NCBI GenBank assembly: GCA_028716045.1
Contig: JAQUQO010000001.1
Span: 725,176-789,175 of the forward strand
Length of the DNA stretch: 64,000 nucleotides
Source: Patescibacteria group bacterium
GTDB lineage: Bacteria > Patescibacteriota > Patescibacteriia > JAQUQO01
Direction of reading: 5' to 3'
Shown: one piece after another, positions 28,225 through 37,236 of the stretch
How the letters are laid out: each line of letters begins with the position of its first letter
Position numbering within the stretch: position 1 is the first letter of the stretch
Translations under genes and position numbers: made by a program
The notes under the pieces: generated by a model
Told to the model about the DNA's origin: nothing
The model's input: only the letters and a program-made list of their open reading frames with translations
The model's database searches: none

Positions 28225-28296
28225 GCCGAGGTAGCTCAGCGGTAGAGCGAAGGACTGAAAATCCTTGCGTCGTGAGTCCAACTCTCACCCTCGGCA
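28225..28296 (+). tRNA. tRNA-Phe (anticodon GAA)
   Basis: Acceptor GCCGAGG/CCTCGGC. Anticodon loop CTGAAAA. T-arm GTGAGTCCAACTCTCAC. Confidence 0.8.
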
Positions 28297-28302
28297 CAAA
28301 AC

Positions 28303-28361
28303 AAATTCAAAATTCAAAAATCAAAATTAAAAATGGGTACAAAATTTTTGAATTTTGAATT
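28303..28361. repeat. inverted pair of TTGAATTTTGAATT repeat units
   Basis: AATTCAAAATTCAAAAA at 28304-28320 is the reverse complement of TTTTTGAATTTTGAATT at 28345-28361. The same unit occurs twice inside tsaE. Confidence 0.7.
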
Positions 28362-28373
28362 TTTCATTTATGG

Positions 28374-28450
28374 CGGGGCATAGCGCAGTTGGCTAGCGCG
28401 CCTGCTTTGGGAGCAGGAGGTCGTGAGTTCAAGTCTCACTGCCCCGACCA
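28374..28450 (+). tRNA. tRNA-Pro (anticodon TGG), CCA encoded
   Basis: C1:G72 acceptor CGGGGCA/TGCCCCG. Anticodon stem CCTGC/GCAGG with loop TTTGGGA. Confidence 0.8.
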
Positions 28451-28473
28451 AGTTAAATCTTTTTAATAAAATT

Positions 28474-30357
28474 ATGGCTGAACCAAGATTTGGAGAAAAT
28501 TTTAATCCCGACGCAACCAATCGATTAGATATTCTTAAAAAGACAGAAGATCTACCCGAGTATGTTGACACTAGCCGAGAAATCAGGGAAGCGTTAAAAT
28601 CAACTATTGAAACCAGGGGATGGCCCGAATGTCCGGAAATTAAAACTGTTGAAGATTTATTTTTATTGGCCAAAAAAGAAGTAAGCCACAGGTGGACCGA
28701 GGGAGCGCAAAAAATTTTATGCGAACAGACAAAAAAATGGGCGGAAGAAATACCTGACAATCAAGAGAATAAAGAATTACGACAAACTCTTCTCTCTCCC
28801 GATTTACTAAGTAGTGAAATGGAGATGCAGAGATTCGGAGCGATGGAAAAATTACGAGACATCAACCCGTCAGCCTGGAGAACCCTATTATTGGCTTCAT
28901 CCGAAAGACAATTAGCCTCAATAGTTCTTCTAAGAAAATGGGCAGCGGATTTGCCGGAAGAAAATCTAAAATCTCTCGGAGTCAGCCGAACCGAATTAGA
29001 ATTACTGCTGGACTCTGCTGGTATTGTTGGAAAATATGTTGACCAAGCTTATATAAAACAAGTTGAGTTGGCTGATGCCCCCGGCGGATCGTCTAAAAGC
29101 GCTTGGGCGGGGAAAGTCGGCGCTGAATATCTTTACGATATTCAACCTTCACCCGAGAGCCAAACGGTTAAACCGACAAGCTACAAGGATGTCTTTGCTT
29201 TTGAATGGCCTAAATTAATTAATCGTTTTCAAGTTTTGGCCCAAAAAGTGGAAACCCTACTTGATGACAAAAAACTGCCGGAATCATATCGGGGTCTGCC
29301 GGAATATCTGCGAGAAATGTCACAAGTATATGGTTCTGAAAGTGTTTCGCCAAAAGAATTAAAAAAACTCTGGAACAGCTTGCTCGCGAAAAATTTGAAT
29401 CTGGCTAACGCCGGATGCCCGCTGATGTTTATCCCCCAAAGCTGCGATATGGTGGCCGGGGAAGCGGCTAAAATAGATGTGGAAATTCGCTTGGCTATTC
29501 AGACTCCGGAAACAAAAAAATTAACCCAAACGATGAATGATTTTGGGGGCGCCGCTCAAGAGCTCTTGGCTGAAAATAAGGATGCTTTAAAAAATTACTA
29601 CGACATCCCGGCGGTTGTTATTAATGTCCAACCCTTTGCTTTTGGCCCCAATTTATACTACTTTACCGAGGCCGAAGCCGGGAGAGAATCAATTCTTTTA
29701 CATGCTAATATAAATCAGGAGTTGTCATCCAAAGAGAGAATTCCGCTCTTGGAAAAAACCTTGGGACAACCAATTGATAAAAATAAATTTAAAGAGGCCT
29801 CAGGCAAAGATACGGTTCTTCATGAATTGGGCCATACGGTTTGCGTTGAAGATGACCCTTCTGTCAGAAAACGCATCGGCACTGGTTCTGACGCCGCTAT
29901 TATGGAAGAGCTAAAAGCCGAAACCGTAGGAATGGAAATACTGCTTAGAAAACAAACGGGCGATTCCAAAGAAAAAGAACAAATTATTGAACAACAATTT
30001 TTGGCTAAACTGGGAGCGCTGGAGCAATACTTAGCTTACTATTCCAGCGAACCTGGCAGCAGTACGGAGCGGTATTATTTTACCGGCGTGGCCATTATCT
30101 CAAAACTTTTAGAAGAAGACGTTTTAGTTGAGCTTGGAGATAAATACATAATTACCGACGCTGAACGCGGTCTGCGAATTATCGCCGATATGGGTTTAGA
30201 TATTCTTAAAAAAATCTATGCTAATACCGCTGACCAGCCAAAGAAAGTAAAAGAAGCAATGAAAGAATATGTTAGAGATGTTAAACAAAAAGAAAAAACT
30301 CCGCCGGTTGACAAATTTATCAAAAATGTTAAAAAGGATATCCGTGCTTCCAATTAG
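28474..30357 (+). CDS. large hypothetical protein with HExxH zinc-metallopeptidase-like motif
   Basis: ATG (MAEPRF) lies 24 nt after tRNA-Pro. VLHELGHTV motif near residue 455. No other recognisable domain. Confidence 0.5.
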   Translation: MAEPRFGENFNPDATNRLDILKKTEDLPEYVDTSREIREALKSTIETRGWPECPEIKTVEDLFLLAKKEVSHRWTEGAQKILCEQTKKWAEEIPDNQENKELRQTLLSPDLLSSEMEMQRFGAMEKLRDINPSAWRTLLLASSERQLASIVLLRKWAADLPEENLKSLGVSRTELELLLDSAGIVGKYVDQAYIKQVELADAPGGSSKSAWAGKVGAEYLYDIQPSPESQTVKPTSYKDVFAFEWPKLINRFQVLAQKVETLLDDKKLPESYRGLPEYLREMSQVYGSESVSPKELKKLWNSLLAKNLNLANAGCPLMFIPQSCDMVAGEAAKIDVEIRLAIQTPETKKLTQTMNDFGGAAQELLAENKDALKNYYDIPAVVINVQPFAFGPNLYYFTEAEAGRESILLHANINQELSSKERIPLLEKTLGQPIDKNKFKEASGKDTVLHELGHTVCVEDDPSVRKRIGTGSDAAIMEELKAETVGMEILLRKQTGDSKEKEQIIEQQFLAKLGALEQYLAYYSSEPGSSTERYYFTGVAIISKLLEEDVLVELGDKYIITDAERGLRIIADMGLDILKKIYANTADQPKKVKEAMKEYVRDVKQKEKTPPVDKFIKNVKKDIRASN

Positions 30358-30553
30358 GCCAAATCTTAAAAATTCGCGGGTGTCGCCTGCCTGCTCGCCT
30401 CGCTACCGCTATGGCGAAACAGGCCGGCAAGCAGGTATAGTGGTTTATTACCCGCCCGACTGCCTAGCGGCAGCAAGGCGAACGGGTGTCAGTCCCGCTA
30501 CAAGAGCGGGATTTCGTCCCGAGCACTCGGGTCTCAACCTTCCCAACATATTT

Positions 30554-30627
30554 GCGGGAGTAGTACAATGGTAGTACGCTAGCCTTCCAAGCTAGACACG
30601 CGGGTTCGATTCCCGTCTCCCGCTCCA
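30554..30627 (+). tRNA. tRNA-Gly (anticodon TCC), CCA encoded
   Basis: Acceptor GCGGGAG/CTCCCGC. Anticodon loop CTTCCAA. T-arm GCGGGTTCGATTCCCGT. Confidence 0.8.
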
Positions 30628-30630
30628 AAG

Positions 30631-30664
30631 AAAAAGCCCCCCGAGTACTAGGGGGGCTTTTTTG
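30631..30664. terminator. bidirectional rho-independent terminator
   Basis: GCCCCCC...GGGGGGC stem flanked by an A-run and a T-run. Confidence 0.75.
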
Positions 30665-30712
30665 AAGTATCTTTACGACTGCGCTTGAATAAAAATGTAA
30701 ATAAATTATCAA

Positions 30713-32467
30713 CTATCCCAGTTTATCTATTTCTTTTTTAAGATATCCCTCCATTTTTTTGATATTTTCCTGCAGTCTTTTCATCACAAATTCGTCGTCC
30801 GCCTCGGTAGGAGTCCCTATGGCTTGTTGTAATTTTTCCAAATCATCCTGTATAAGTTTAAAGACTTTAGCCATGTCGGTTTTAACGACTAAGAGTCGCA
30901 GTGCCAATTTCTTCCTCCGATTTTTATAAAACCAAGCTCCTCCGCCAAATCCTCCGGCTATTATTACAAGAAGAAATATCAAAGCGCCCCCCATCCCCAG
31001 TTGAAATTTCCCGATCTGAATTATGGGTTTTGATTTGACCTGTATATTTTGAGATTCAACCGTAAGACTCAAAGCTCCTCTCGCATCTTGACTCTGCGCC
31101 AATACAACATACTGTCCGTTTCGAAGCAGCTGATTACCAAAAATAAACTCCCAATTTCCTTTATCGTCTGCAATGGTAGTACCTTCTGTGACAACTTCCC
31201 CTTTCCCCTCTGGTAATACCCTTTGCACCCTAAGGAGAATATTGACATCGGGTAAAGCCGTGCCTTTTGCCGCTAGACCCTGCTCATTTTCAGAAAAAAG
31301 CTCTCTTGGCACAAAGGTAATGGTCGGCGAAGCAATAGGAAAAATCTCTATCTCTACGCTATCTTCAACACTATTCTCCGCTAGATCAATGGCCTTGACG
31401 AGTACTTTCTTTACCCCCGGGGCCTGAAGTGGCAATTTAAAGCTACCGGTAAAATCCGCGGCGGGAAGATTGATAAAATCGCCATCGCCAACTCTTATTT
31501 GATACTCTTTAAGACCCGAGAGGGCATCCGATGATTGGAATTGAAAAGTGGGCGCAGGATTGTCGGTTTTTTCTCCTTCCAGAATATTTACCTCGAAACC
31601 AAGCGGCGGTTGAGTATCAACAGCTATTTTATGATGTGCACTTGGCCCCCAGCCGATATTATTTTTAAAACGAACATGGAGATAGGAAATGCCATCAGAT
31701 AAAGCGGCGAACATTTTGTTATTAAAAAGACCTTCTGATTTTTCTCTTACGACAAAATTGGGCTGCTTGTTAATCGCGGTACTCACGCCGGAAATATCAA
31801 GCGGTAAATCCCAGCTTGCTGTAAATTGCGCCACCGAGTTATACCAACGGTCCTCTTCGGGATAGAGTGAAATTTTAAGAATGGGTTCTAGGGGCAACTT
31901 CCCCGAAGGTACGACTTCTCGAACGATTTGTTGAGGCTCGGGAATTTTTTGCTGGGGTTCCGGAACTTTTGGAATAATCCTTTGAGGGACTACTGTAATA
32001 ACTGCGTCATTCATCCTTGATAATATATTTGCCCCACTTCCATCAGAAGCGGTGATGGCGGCTTCCGTAAATGAAAGCGTGCCGCTGCCGGTTCCCTTTG
32101 CCCGAAACTCTATTTTGAGAATCCCGACCGCGCCGCCCGAAACTCCAAAGGGAGTTCCGCCTGTAAATGATATGGCGCCTTCGGAGTTAGAAAATTGAGG
32201 TTCTTCAAGCCAAAAACTGAGTGCCGATTCTGTTTTATTTAAGGCCGTCACTTCCAGCGTATCTTTGGGAAACCGAATTGTCGCCTGAGCCGCGTTAAAA
32301 CCCACCCCTTCGCTATCAATCCTAAGTTCAACCGTCATTTTTTCTCCGACTCCAATTTCAGAACTGACGGGTGTCAAAGAAAGTGTAGCGGCCTGCGCCG
32401 AGGAAAAAATTCCCGAAGCAATGACGCCGACCAATATGGCTATAATTGTTTTAAGTTGAGGTTTCAT
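30713..32467 (-). CDS. cell-surface protein with N-terminal cohesin-like domain and C-terminal TM anchor plus coiled-coil tail
   Basis: Signal peptide. Cohesin-like beta-sandwich sequence (LSLTPVSSEIGVGEKMTVELRID...GILKIEFRAKGTGSGTLSF). A C-terminal hydrophobic helix followed by KNRRKK and a charged tail. Confidence 0.5.
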   Translation of the reverse strand: MKPQLKTIIAILVGVIASGIFSSAQAATLSLTPVSSEIGVGEKMTVELRIDSEGVGFNAAQATIRFPKDTLEVTALNKTESALSFWLEEPQFSNSEGAISFTGGTPFGVSGGAVGILKIEFRAKGTGSGTLSFTEAAITASDGSGANILSRMNDAVITVVPQRIIPKVPEPQQKIPEPQQIVREVVPSGKLPLEPILKISLYPEEDRWYNSVAQFTASWDLPLDISGVSTAINKQPNFVVREKSEGLFNNKMFAALSDGISYLHVRFKNNIGWGPSAHHKIAVDTQPPLGFEVNILEGEKTDNPAPTFQFQSSDALSGLKEYQIRVGDGDFINLPAADFTGSFKLPLQAPGVKKVLVKAIDLAENSVEDSVEIEIFPIASPTITFVPRELFSENEQGLAAKGTALPDVNILLRVQRVLPEGKGEVVTEGTTIADDKGNWEFIFGNQLLRNGQYVVLAQSQDARGALSLTVESQNIQVKSKPIIQIGKFQLGMGGALIFLLVIIAGGFGGGAWFYKNRRKKLALRLLVVKTDMAKVFKLIQDDLEKLQQAIGTPTEADDEFVMKRLQENIKKMEGYLKKEIDKLG

Positions 32468-34326
32468 TTTTTTATAGTGCGAATAAATATGCTAAAATCC
32501 GAAATATCTATTTTCCCATCATCATTTAAATCTATTATTTTTTTCTGATTTTTGTCTTTCGCTCCCCAATTTGAAAGAAACATACTCCAATCTTTAATAT
32601 TAACCGCTCCATCACCATTTAAATCAGTTTTGGGTAGTGTCAAGCGAGATATCACTAAAGTATTCGTGGGCGAGTAATCGCTTTCTCGCTTTTGACCGGT
32701 GTCAACCTGCTTTACCCGCACGCGATGAGTACCAAATTCCAATATACCAGTATCTACTGCCACCTTGTATGACCCGTCTTTTTCTACATTCGCTTCTTTT
32801 TTTATTATATCATCTATTTCAACAATAACGCTATTATCCGGAGAGGCATTACCGGCAATAATGGCCGTTTCCCCTCGGCTGACCAGGCGCTGCGGAAGTC
32901 CAATGGTGGGTGGCACTAAAATATCTTTTACTATAAAGTCGTTTTCGAGAGTGCCAATATTAAAAAATTTCGTTTGCGTGGCGTGATTGTCCCTATCTTT
33001 AATAAGGAGGCCAAAACTATGCAGCCCCTGCGAAACGCTGACAAAATTTACCTGAAAAGTTCCGTTCTCATCCGCGACAATATTCTGATTTACCATTGTC
33101 TCAAAACGAACATCTTTATCTACTATAAATATTTTAGCATTAGGGAAGGCTCTCCCGGAAAATGCTACGGTAATGGGTTTTGCCCTGCCTTCACTAGATG
33201 GAATCGGCTCTGGTTCTGGCGAGGACAATGCGGTGGTCTCTTGTGTTGAGATATTATTTAAAGCTATGGGATCATCTGTATCGCTTAATACCGACGCAAT
33301 GTTTGTTATGGTGCCAATGGTACTTGAATCAATAGGAGAGGTTACTGTTATACTAGCCGACTGACTACTTGCGATAACACCAAGATTGCAGGGAAAAATA
33401 GAGCAAGCGCCTTGTGAGGAAGTAAGAGACGGAGAAGTAAGAGCGAGCGGCAAGGTGTCTGACACTACTACATTCTCGGCATTGTCAGGGCCATTATTGG
33501 TGACAGTGATGCTATAGGTAAGGGTATCTCCGGCAATAACTGGATCGGGGCTATCTAATTTTGTTATTGATAGATCAGCCGATGCGCCAGTAGTCGCCGC
33601 AGTGGCGGCACTTACAACATTAGAGAGCAAGGATTCATTTAGTACTTCATCGCTGGTTTTGATGGCAAAATAATATGTGGTTCCGGCAGTCAGCCCGGAA
33701 ATGGTCAGGGACTGCGCGGTGCCAGCTATTTGCGGAGTTGGCTCGCCGCTGACTTGAGTGGCGGAATTCCACTTGCTTTCATTGTTGATATCACTTGTTC
33801 TGTAACGGATATCGTAGGTTGTCGCAGTACCGCTGTTCTCATCATCACCGGGCGCGGTCCAGGAAAGATCGACCGAAGAAGTGGTGGGGTTGGCAGCGGC
33901 CAAATCGCTGACTGCCGAAGGAGCGGTTGTGTCAGAAGCCGTGGCAAAAATAACCTCTTGCGTAGAATCCACATTCAACCCAGTTCCTGCCGAGTCAAGA
34001 AGCGAAAGGGTGACGGTTTCGGCGACTAAATCATTAATTTCAATAGTCCCGACGCCGTTGACAATGGTTACTGGTCCTTCGCCCGTGGCTGAACCACCGG
34101 CAACCAGGGTAACATTTCCTTGATAAGAAGTGTCAACCTTGTTGTTGTTTTTTTGAGCTTCAACGGTGATGGTGACTGGCGTGCCAACTGTGCTGTCGTC
34201 TGGATCTAAAATGACAAATTTAACCGCGCCTTCTCCCCCCGGCGGTTTAGCCGCCGCGACAGTCGAAAAAAGAAACAAAATCAACACCAAAATAAATAAT
34301 GGGAAACGTATGTATTGAAGTTTCAT
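32464..34326 (-). CDS. secreted multidomain protein: FN3-like, DUF11-like repeat, C-terminal dockerin-like double repeat
   Basis: Signal peptide. SVDLSWTAPGDDENSGTATTYDIRYRTS (FN3-like). LSITKLDSPDPVIAGDTLTYSITVTNNGPDNAENVVVSDTLP (DUF11-like). DLNGDGAVNIKDWSMFLSNWG...DLNDDGKIDISDFSIFIRTI (dockerin-type Ca-binding repeats). Its stop overlaps the start of the cohesin-like gene (ATGA). Confidence 0.55.
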   Translation of the reverse strand: MKLQYIRFPLFILVLILFLFSTVAAAKPPGGEGAVKFVILDPDDSTVGTPVTITVEAQKNNNKVDTSYQGNVTLVAGGSATGEGPVTIVNGVGTIEINDLVAETVTLSLLDSAGTGLNVDSTQEVIFATASDTTAPSAVSDLAAANPTTSSVDLSWTAPGDDENSGTATTYDIRYRTSDINNESKWNSATQVSGEPTPQIAGTAQSLTISGLTAGTTYYFAIKTSDEVLNESLLSNVVSAATAATTGASADLSITKLDSPDPVIAGDTLTYSITVTNNGPDNAENVVVSDTLPLALTSPSLTSSQGACSIFPCNLGVIASSQSASITVTSPIDSSTIGTITNIASVLSDTDDPIALNNISTQETTALSSPEPEPIPSSEGRAKPITVAFSGRAFPNAKIFIVDKDVRFETMVNQNIVADENGTFQVNFVSVSQGLHSFGLLIKDRDNHATQTKFFNIGTLENDFIVKDILVPPTIGLPQRLVSRGETAIIAGNASPDNSVIVEIDDIIKKEANVEKDGSYKVAVDTGILEFGTHRVRVKQVDTGQKRESDYSPTNTLVISRLTLPKTDLNGDGAVNIKDWSMFLSNWGAKDKNQKKIIDLNDDGKIDISDFSIFIRTIKK

Positions 34327-34346
34327 TTGGTCGACTGTTAAGGATA

Positions 34347-34730
34347 TTATTTCGCCGCTTTTCTGCCCTCAAGATAATCTTTTACTTTTTCAATTATTTC
34401 TTGGATTGGGTGCTGGGATTTTACAAAGTAGTCATCAGCGCCCAGCTCCAGGGCCCGTTTGATTGTCATATCTTCTCCAAGATTTGATAAAACAATCACC
34501 GGAATCAATTTCCATTCGGGGTTCTTTTTTGTCTCCCCTAACACATAAAAGCCATCTTTTTTGGGCATCAAGATGTCAAGTAAAATAAGGTCTGGTTTTT
34601 TTCTCCCTATTTTCTCAATTGCCTCCTCTCCATTTTTAGCGACATCAACCGTACAACCCTCTGCGGTTAAATTATCTTCAAGCGTCCGAATCAAAAAATC
34701 TTCATCCTCAACAATTAATACATGATTCAT
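34347..34730 (-). CDS. single-domain response regulator (CheY-like receiver)
   Basis: LIVEDE...LILLDILMPKKDG...K motif set of REC domains. Confidence 0.85.
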   Translation of the reverse strand: MNHVLIVEDEDFLIRTLEDNLTAEGCTVDVAKNGEEAIEKIGRKKPDLILLDILMPKKDGFYVLGETKKNPEWKLIPVIVLSNLGEDMTIKRALELGADDYFVKSQHPIQEIIEKVKDYLEGRKAAK

Positions 34731-34756
34731 ATTTTAGTTTATTTATCTTTTTATTT

Positions 34757-35944
34757 TTAACTTTTACACCCCCTCGACCTTTTAGGGATGCGTAAATAAA
34801 AGGTGGTGCCTTTATTTTCTTCTGATTTAAACGAAATTTTTCCGCCAATCTTTTCAGCCAGCATCTTGGCGATGTTAAGACCGAGACCCGTGCCATTTGG
34901 TTTTAGGGCTTTTGCATTGGAGGCACGATAAAATCGCTCAAACATTCTTTTCTGCTCCCTTTTGGGGATACCAATCCCGGAGTCACGAACAAAAAATATT
35001 ACTGCCCCTGATTCTTCCTTAACATCTAAAATCACTTTCTGGCCCGGCATTGAATAATCAACGGCGTTAGAAAGAAAGCATCCAAGAATTGCTTTTAATA
35101 TTTCCGGGTCCGTTTCAATGGTAAGCACCCGATGATTTAAGGGGCCCGATAACACCACCCCTCTCTCTTTGGCGGCGGCGGCCGCTATAATTAAAACGTC
35201 TTTAAAAAGAGATGCTACTGAAATTTTTTCTTTTTTTATGAGCGTCTCTTCACTCTCCAACCGCAATGTGCTCAATATTTCGGAAATAAGTTTAATCATC
35301 CGTTCATTAATTTTATAAATATCGTCAAGATACTCTTTTTGTTTTTTTGTCGTCCGGCCTATAACCCCCTTGTACATCGTCTCAATCAGCCACTTGGTGC
35401 CGGAAAGCGGAGTGCGCAATTGATGAGAGGCCAGCGATAAAAAATCCATCCTAATCCGCTCCAATTCTTTTTCTTTAGTAATATCATAAAAAATTTCTAC
35501 CGCTCCCGCTATCTTTCCTCTAAACAGCAAGGGGCTGATAACACTGGTTGCCGGAAATCTGCTTTTGTCTTTTCGGATATAATAAAAAGTAGGTAGTTTT
35601 TCAATACCACCGGTAGTGGTAGTGGTAGTGGTAGTCAATATCTTCCCTGCCAATACCTTTGAAAGAATTCTTTCTTTAAATGGCACTTTTTTTCTATTTT
35701 CATCTTCCCTTGGAATAATTTCAACCAAAAATTTTCCAATAACTTCTTTTTCTTTCCAATCAGTCAGCGATTCAAAGCCCTTGTTGACACGAATTATTTT
35801 CCCATCTTTATTAACAACCACCAACCCCATTACATGATCACCGGCAGAGGAAAAAATCGCCTCCTGTTCAGCAATTCTTCTTTCTGGAAGAAGAATTCGT
35901 TTTCCCCACCTTTTTATTTGTCTTGATTTTTTAACTTTTTTCAT
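34757..35944 (-). CDS. PAS-domain sensor histidine kinase with internal poly-Thr tract
   Basis: H-box SHQLRTPL, N-box LSNAVDYS, G-boxes DSGIGIP and GTGLGLNIAK. The (GGTAGT)x4 repeat encodes TTTTTTTT. Confidence 0.8.
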   Translation of the reverse strand: MKKVKKSRQIKRWGKRILLPERRIAEQEAIFSSAGDHVMGLVVVNKDGKIIRVNKGFESLTDWKEKEVIGKFLVEIIPREDENRKKVPFKERILSKVLAGKILTTTTTTTTGGIEKLPTFYYIRKDKSRFPATSVISPLLFRGKIAGAVEIFYDITKEKELERIRMDFLSLASHQLRTPLSGTKWLIETMYKGVIGRTTKKQKEYLDDIYKINERMIKLISEILSTLRLESEETLIKKEKISVASLFKDVLIIAAAAAKERGVVLSGPLNHRVLTIETDPEILKAILGCFLSNAVDYSMPGQKVILDVKEESGAVIFFVRDSGIGIPKREQKRMFERFYRASNAKALKPNGTGLGLNIAKMLAEKIGGKISFKSEENKGTTFYLRIPKRSRGCKS

Positions 35945-36290
35945 AACTCAATAATAAACTTTTATTAAAACCTTCCTCAAATAAAAAACACCGTTAAAAA
36001 CGATGCTTTTATTAAAACTTTTTACCAAACCAGAAAATCTGCGGGCGTTTCTCTCTCTCGTGTTCGGATAGTATTAACGTAATTTTCTTAATTTCGACAC
36101 AAACCATACCCCCCTCGCTACATTATAAAAAATAAAATACACTTTATTTAATCGACTTAACCACTCTAATAATAGTAAAGAATTTCAATCGTGACAAGAC
36201 CGGTTTTTCCACAATTCCCGCTCGCCTCGCTTTGCTTGCGGTAGCGAGGCGAGCGGGCAGGTTTCAATAATTTTTTGTATCTGATTCACC

Positions 36291-37049
36291 TTACCTTATC
36301 CGATAATTCAAATTAACTTCAATAATTAACTCTTGCGAACCTTGGGGAACCGTAGGACTGGCTCCGCTACCACCCTTGCCGTCCCCATAATAATATCCGG
36401 CCGTGTCCGGAGAAGAAACCACATTTTCCCACCAGCCGACAATCTTCCCTAATCTGACGTCAAGCGCCGAAGAAATGTCCGTGGCTTTGGTACGGGCGTC
36501 GGCAATGGCTTTTAACCTTGCTTCCTGCTTTAAATCATTTAACAAAGAGGTTTCAAAGGCCACACCAGTGATTTGATTGGAACCCGCCTTGGTCGCCGCG
36601 GCTATCACCGCCGAGACCCTGTTGGAATTTTTCTGGATGTCACGGACTTTCACGATAATGCTCTGGTTGGCGTTATAGCCGCTCAATCTAGAAATATTAT
36701 CTACATAATCATATTGCGGATATAAAGAATAATTTTGCGTCTGGATATCTTCTTTGGAAATCCCCGCGGCTATCACTGCTTTATAAACTTTATCCATTTT
36801 GTCATTTAACTGCGTAAGCGCGTCTTCGGCTTTGGCCACTTTATCAACCTGAACGCCAAGATTTATTTTGGCAATATCCGGCTCATAAGCAACTCTCCCC
36901 TGCCCGACCACGTTAACCTGCCATTGGGGTGGATTTACGATGCGGTCGCGGATAAGGGAAATAGTTAAAACGCCGGCAACAAGCAAAACCACAATAAGGC
37001 CGATAATGACCTTGGGACTGCGCCAACTGGCGCAACAATTTTCACTCAT
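36291..37049 (-). CDS. SIMPL/DUF541-family periplasmic/secreted protein with N-terminal TM anchor
   Basis: Pattern (VAYEPDIAKINLGVQV...NQSIIVKVRD...ITGVAFE) typical of the BP26/SIMPL family. Confidence 0.5.
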   Translation of the reverse strand: MSENCCASWRSPKVIIGLIVVLLVAGVLTISLIRDRIVNPPQWQVNVVGQGRVAYEPDIAKINLGVQVDKVAKAEDALTQLNDKMDKVYKAVIAAGISKEDIQTQNYSLYPQYDYVDNISRLSGYNANQSIIVKVRDIQKNSNRVSAVIAAATKAGSNQITGVAFETSLLNDLKQEARLKAIADARTKATDISSALDVRLGKIVGWWENVVSSPDTAGYYYGDGKGGSGASPTVPQGSQELIIEVNLNYRIR

Positions 37050-37127
37050 ATTATCTTTCCTTTTTAAACGGCCGAAAGGCCGTTTTTTAATTATTCAACA
37101 GAGTAATTATAGCAAAAAGCAAACCCC

Positions 37128-37156
37128 TTGACAAAACCCCTGAAATATGCTAAAAT
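37128..37156 (+). promoter_or_regulatory. sigma70-like promoter (TTGACA-17-TAAAAT)
   Basis: TTGACA at 37128-37133, a 17-nt spacer, TAAAAT at 37151-37156. About 80 nt upstream of the ATG at 37237. Confidence 0.5.
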
Positions 37157-37236
37157 TTACGGTTAATCGTTTCTTGAAAATAATGGTCAAAAGCCGTTTA
37201 CATAAACAAAAAACACACAACTAAGGAGGAATTGAA

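Noticed and set aside
37066-37090. Plus-strand terminator hairpin AAACGGCCGAAAGGCCGTTTTTT upstream of the 37128 promoter
   Set aside because: The hairpin plus T-run is real in sequence, but no plus-strand gene ends upstream. It may insulate against antisense/readthrough transcription, so it was not listed as a gene terminator.
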